Part shown: positions 62,717 through 64,000 of the stretch, in pieces
Position numbering within the stretch: position 1 is the stretch's first letter
Layout of the letters: every line of letters begins with the position of its first letter
NCBI GenBank assembly: GCA_963771465.1
Contig: CAVYTU010000017.1
Location: forward strand, 1 to 64,000
Length of the DNA: 64,000 nt
From: an uncultured delta proteobacterium
GTDB taxonomy: Bacteria; Desulfobacterota; Binatia; UBA9968
Direction of reading: 5' to 3'
Notes under the pieces: model-generated
What the model was told of the DNA's origin: nothing
What the model saw: the letters and a program-made list of their open reading frames with translations, nothing else
Database searches by the model: none
Made by a program: the position numbers and the translations under genes

Positions 62717-63796
62717 ATGAAGCAAACAAGATCCGGATGCGGGTTTGTTATCAAGTCGTTGCTATGGGCATTTCTGATGAGCCCGCTAATCGTCGATGAC
62801 GCCTTCGCGCAAGCTCAGTTTTACGAGGGCAAAACGATTAGAGCGATTGTCGGACAAGCGCCCGGCGGACTGGGAGCTAATCGAGTCAAAGCTCTTGTTC
62901 CCTTTCTGCAAAAATATATTCCGGGAAAGCCGCACATTGTTACCGAGTACATGGACGGTGCGGGCGGCCAGAAAGCCGCAAACTATGTTCACAAGACCGC
63001 ACGTCCCGATGGACTTACGATCGGCTTTTGGTCCGCCGGTGCCGTGCCGGCAGCTGTGCTCGGACAAATGGGCGTGCTCTACGATCTCAAGGAAGCGATT
63101 TTTCTCGGCGCTCATCAAACGGGCCGGAGCACGACTTTCTTTACCCGTAAAGAACTGGGTCTGGATAATTTGGAGAAGCTACGCGCGGCCTCCGGTTTGC
63201 GCGTCGGTGCTCAGGCGGTGGGTCATGGCGGCTACTACGTCGCGCGACTCTTTGCTTATGTATTCGGTCTGAAGGAGCCCAAATGGGTGACAGGTTACAA
63301 TGGCCCCGAGTCCGATATCGCCATTACGACCGGCGAGATCGACAGCCGGGCGTCTGCTATCGACCAAATCTTGGCGTCACGACTCGACTGGGTCGATAAG
63401 GGTCTCATGCATTTCCATGCGATCTACGAGGTTCCCAAAGGTCAGCACCATTCTCATCCGCGATTTGCTCAACTTGCGGATTTTAGCGCCTTTGCCAAGT
63501 CCGAGAGAGAACGCAAAGTTTTAGATCTTTACCGCATCACGCAAAGCGCCTCCCATCCGGTGGTGTTGCCGCCGAAAACACCAAAGCAGATCGTGCAGAC
63601 CTTACGCGACGCGATGGCGAAAGTGTTCGACGATCCGCAATTCTATAAAGACTACGAAAAACTCACAGGAGAGGAACCTCGGCCGCTGACGGGCGATTTG
63701 CTCGAGCGGGAGATTCGCGACATCGGCGGCCAGCAAGACATCGCCGAGCTGCTCAAAAAAATCGGCGGCCCCGATACTTTGCCGGCGCGCCAATGA
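62717..63796 (+). CDS. Tripartite tricarboxylate transporter substrate-binding protein (TctC/Bug)
   Basis: Signal peptide; FYEGKTIRAIVGQAPGG, PDGLTIG, GEID, PPKTP. Confidence 0.88.
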   Translation: MKQTRSGCGFVIKSLLWAFLMSPLIVDDAFAQAQFYEGKTIRAIVGQAPGGLGANRVKALVPFLQKYIPGKPHIVTEYMDGAGGQKAANYVHKTARPDGLTIGFWSAGAVPAAVLGQMGVLYDLKEAIFLGAHQTGRSTTFFTRKELGLDNLEKLRAASGLRVGAQAVGHGGYYVARLFAYVFGLKEPKWVTGYNGPESDIAITTGEIDSRASAIDQILASRLDWVDKGLMHFHAIYEVPKGQHHSHPRFAQLADFSAFAKSERERKVLDLYRITQSASHPVVLPPKTPKQIVQTLRDAMAKVFDDPQFYKDYEKLTGEEPRPLTGDLLEREIRDIGGQQDIAELLKKIGGPDTLPARQ

Positions 63797-63870
63797 AAAA
63801 ATTTGTGCGGCAACCAAGTGCGCACAGTACTTACGTATAGCAATCGGCCAGCGAATTATTTGGAGACGCG

Positions 63871-64000
63871 ATGATAGAGACGATCGAAGCGGCATTGCAA
63901 CCCATTCGAAACTCGCTCGAGGTTGACGGTTTCGATCTTAGAGTTGATGGCATCAACGACGGTATTGTTTCTGTAGTAGTTTTCGCTGGGCCGGATGCCT
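63871..64000 (+). CDS. NifU/NfuA-like C-terminal domain protein (partial; runs off the window)
   Basis: GGAG RBS; MIETIEAALQPIRNSLEVDGFDLRV…VVFAGPDA, resembling the IRPxLxxDG motif that precedes a CxxC. Confidence 0.65.
   Translation, partial: MIETIEAALQPIRNSLEVDGFDLRVDGINDGIVSVVVFAGPDA

Overview
Bacterial chromosomal window, moderately GC-rich. The gene repertoire (TctC/Bug and NitT/TauT-type binding proteins, amidohydrolase, VOC, LLM and MmgE/PrpD enzymes) resembles uncultured deltaproteobacteria-like lineages such as Ca. Binatia; this is an inference, not a classification. Positions 1-11347 form a decayed island bounded by tRNA 3'-end repeats. It holds integrase, primase and helicase remnants, a matrixin cassette, UbiA and spermidine-synthase-like cargo, and two candidate structured ncRNAs, one of them tRNA-like. 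Then come lrp-gltB-gltD, a sigma54 promoter and c-di-GMP-I riboswitch in front of an unknown gene, many catabolic and transport genes, a CbtB peptide with an unusual partner, an AlmEFG-like adenylase/acyltransferase/carrier trio and a hybrid histidine kinase. The strongest hidden signal is at 61013-62689. The ORF track splits this into two ORFs, but they are one reading frame interrupted by an in-frame TGA in a D-U-G-A-C (UxxC) motif, followed by a SECIS-like hairpin. This is a probable fused UGSC-type selenoprotein, followed by a TctC binding protein and a NifU-like gene. Single-base indels in otherwise intact genes (gltB, a HIBADH-like gene, the matrixin) suggest assembly errors. All calls come from reading motifs by eye; no database searches were run.
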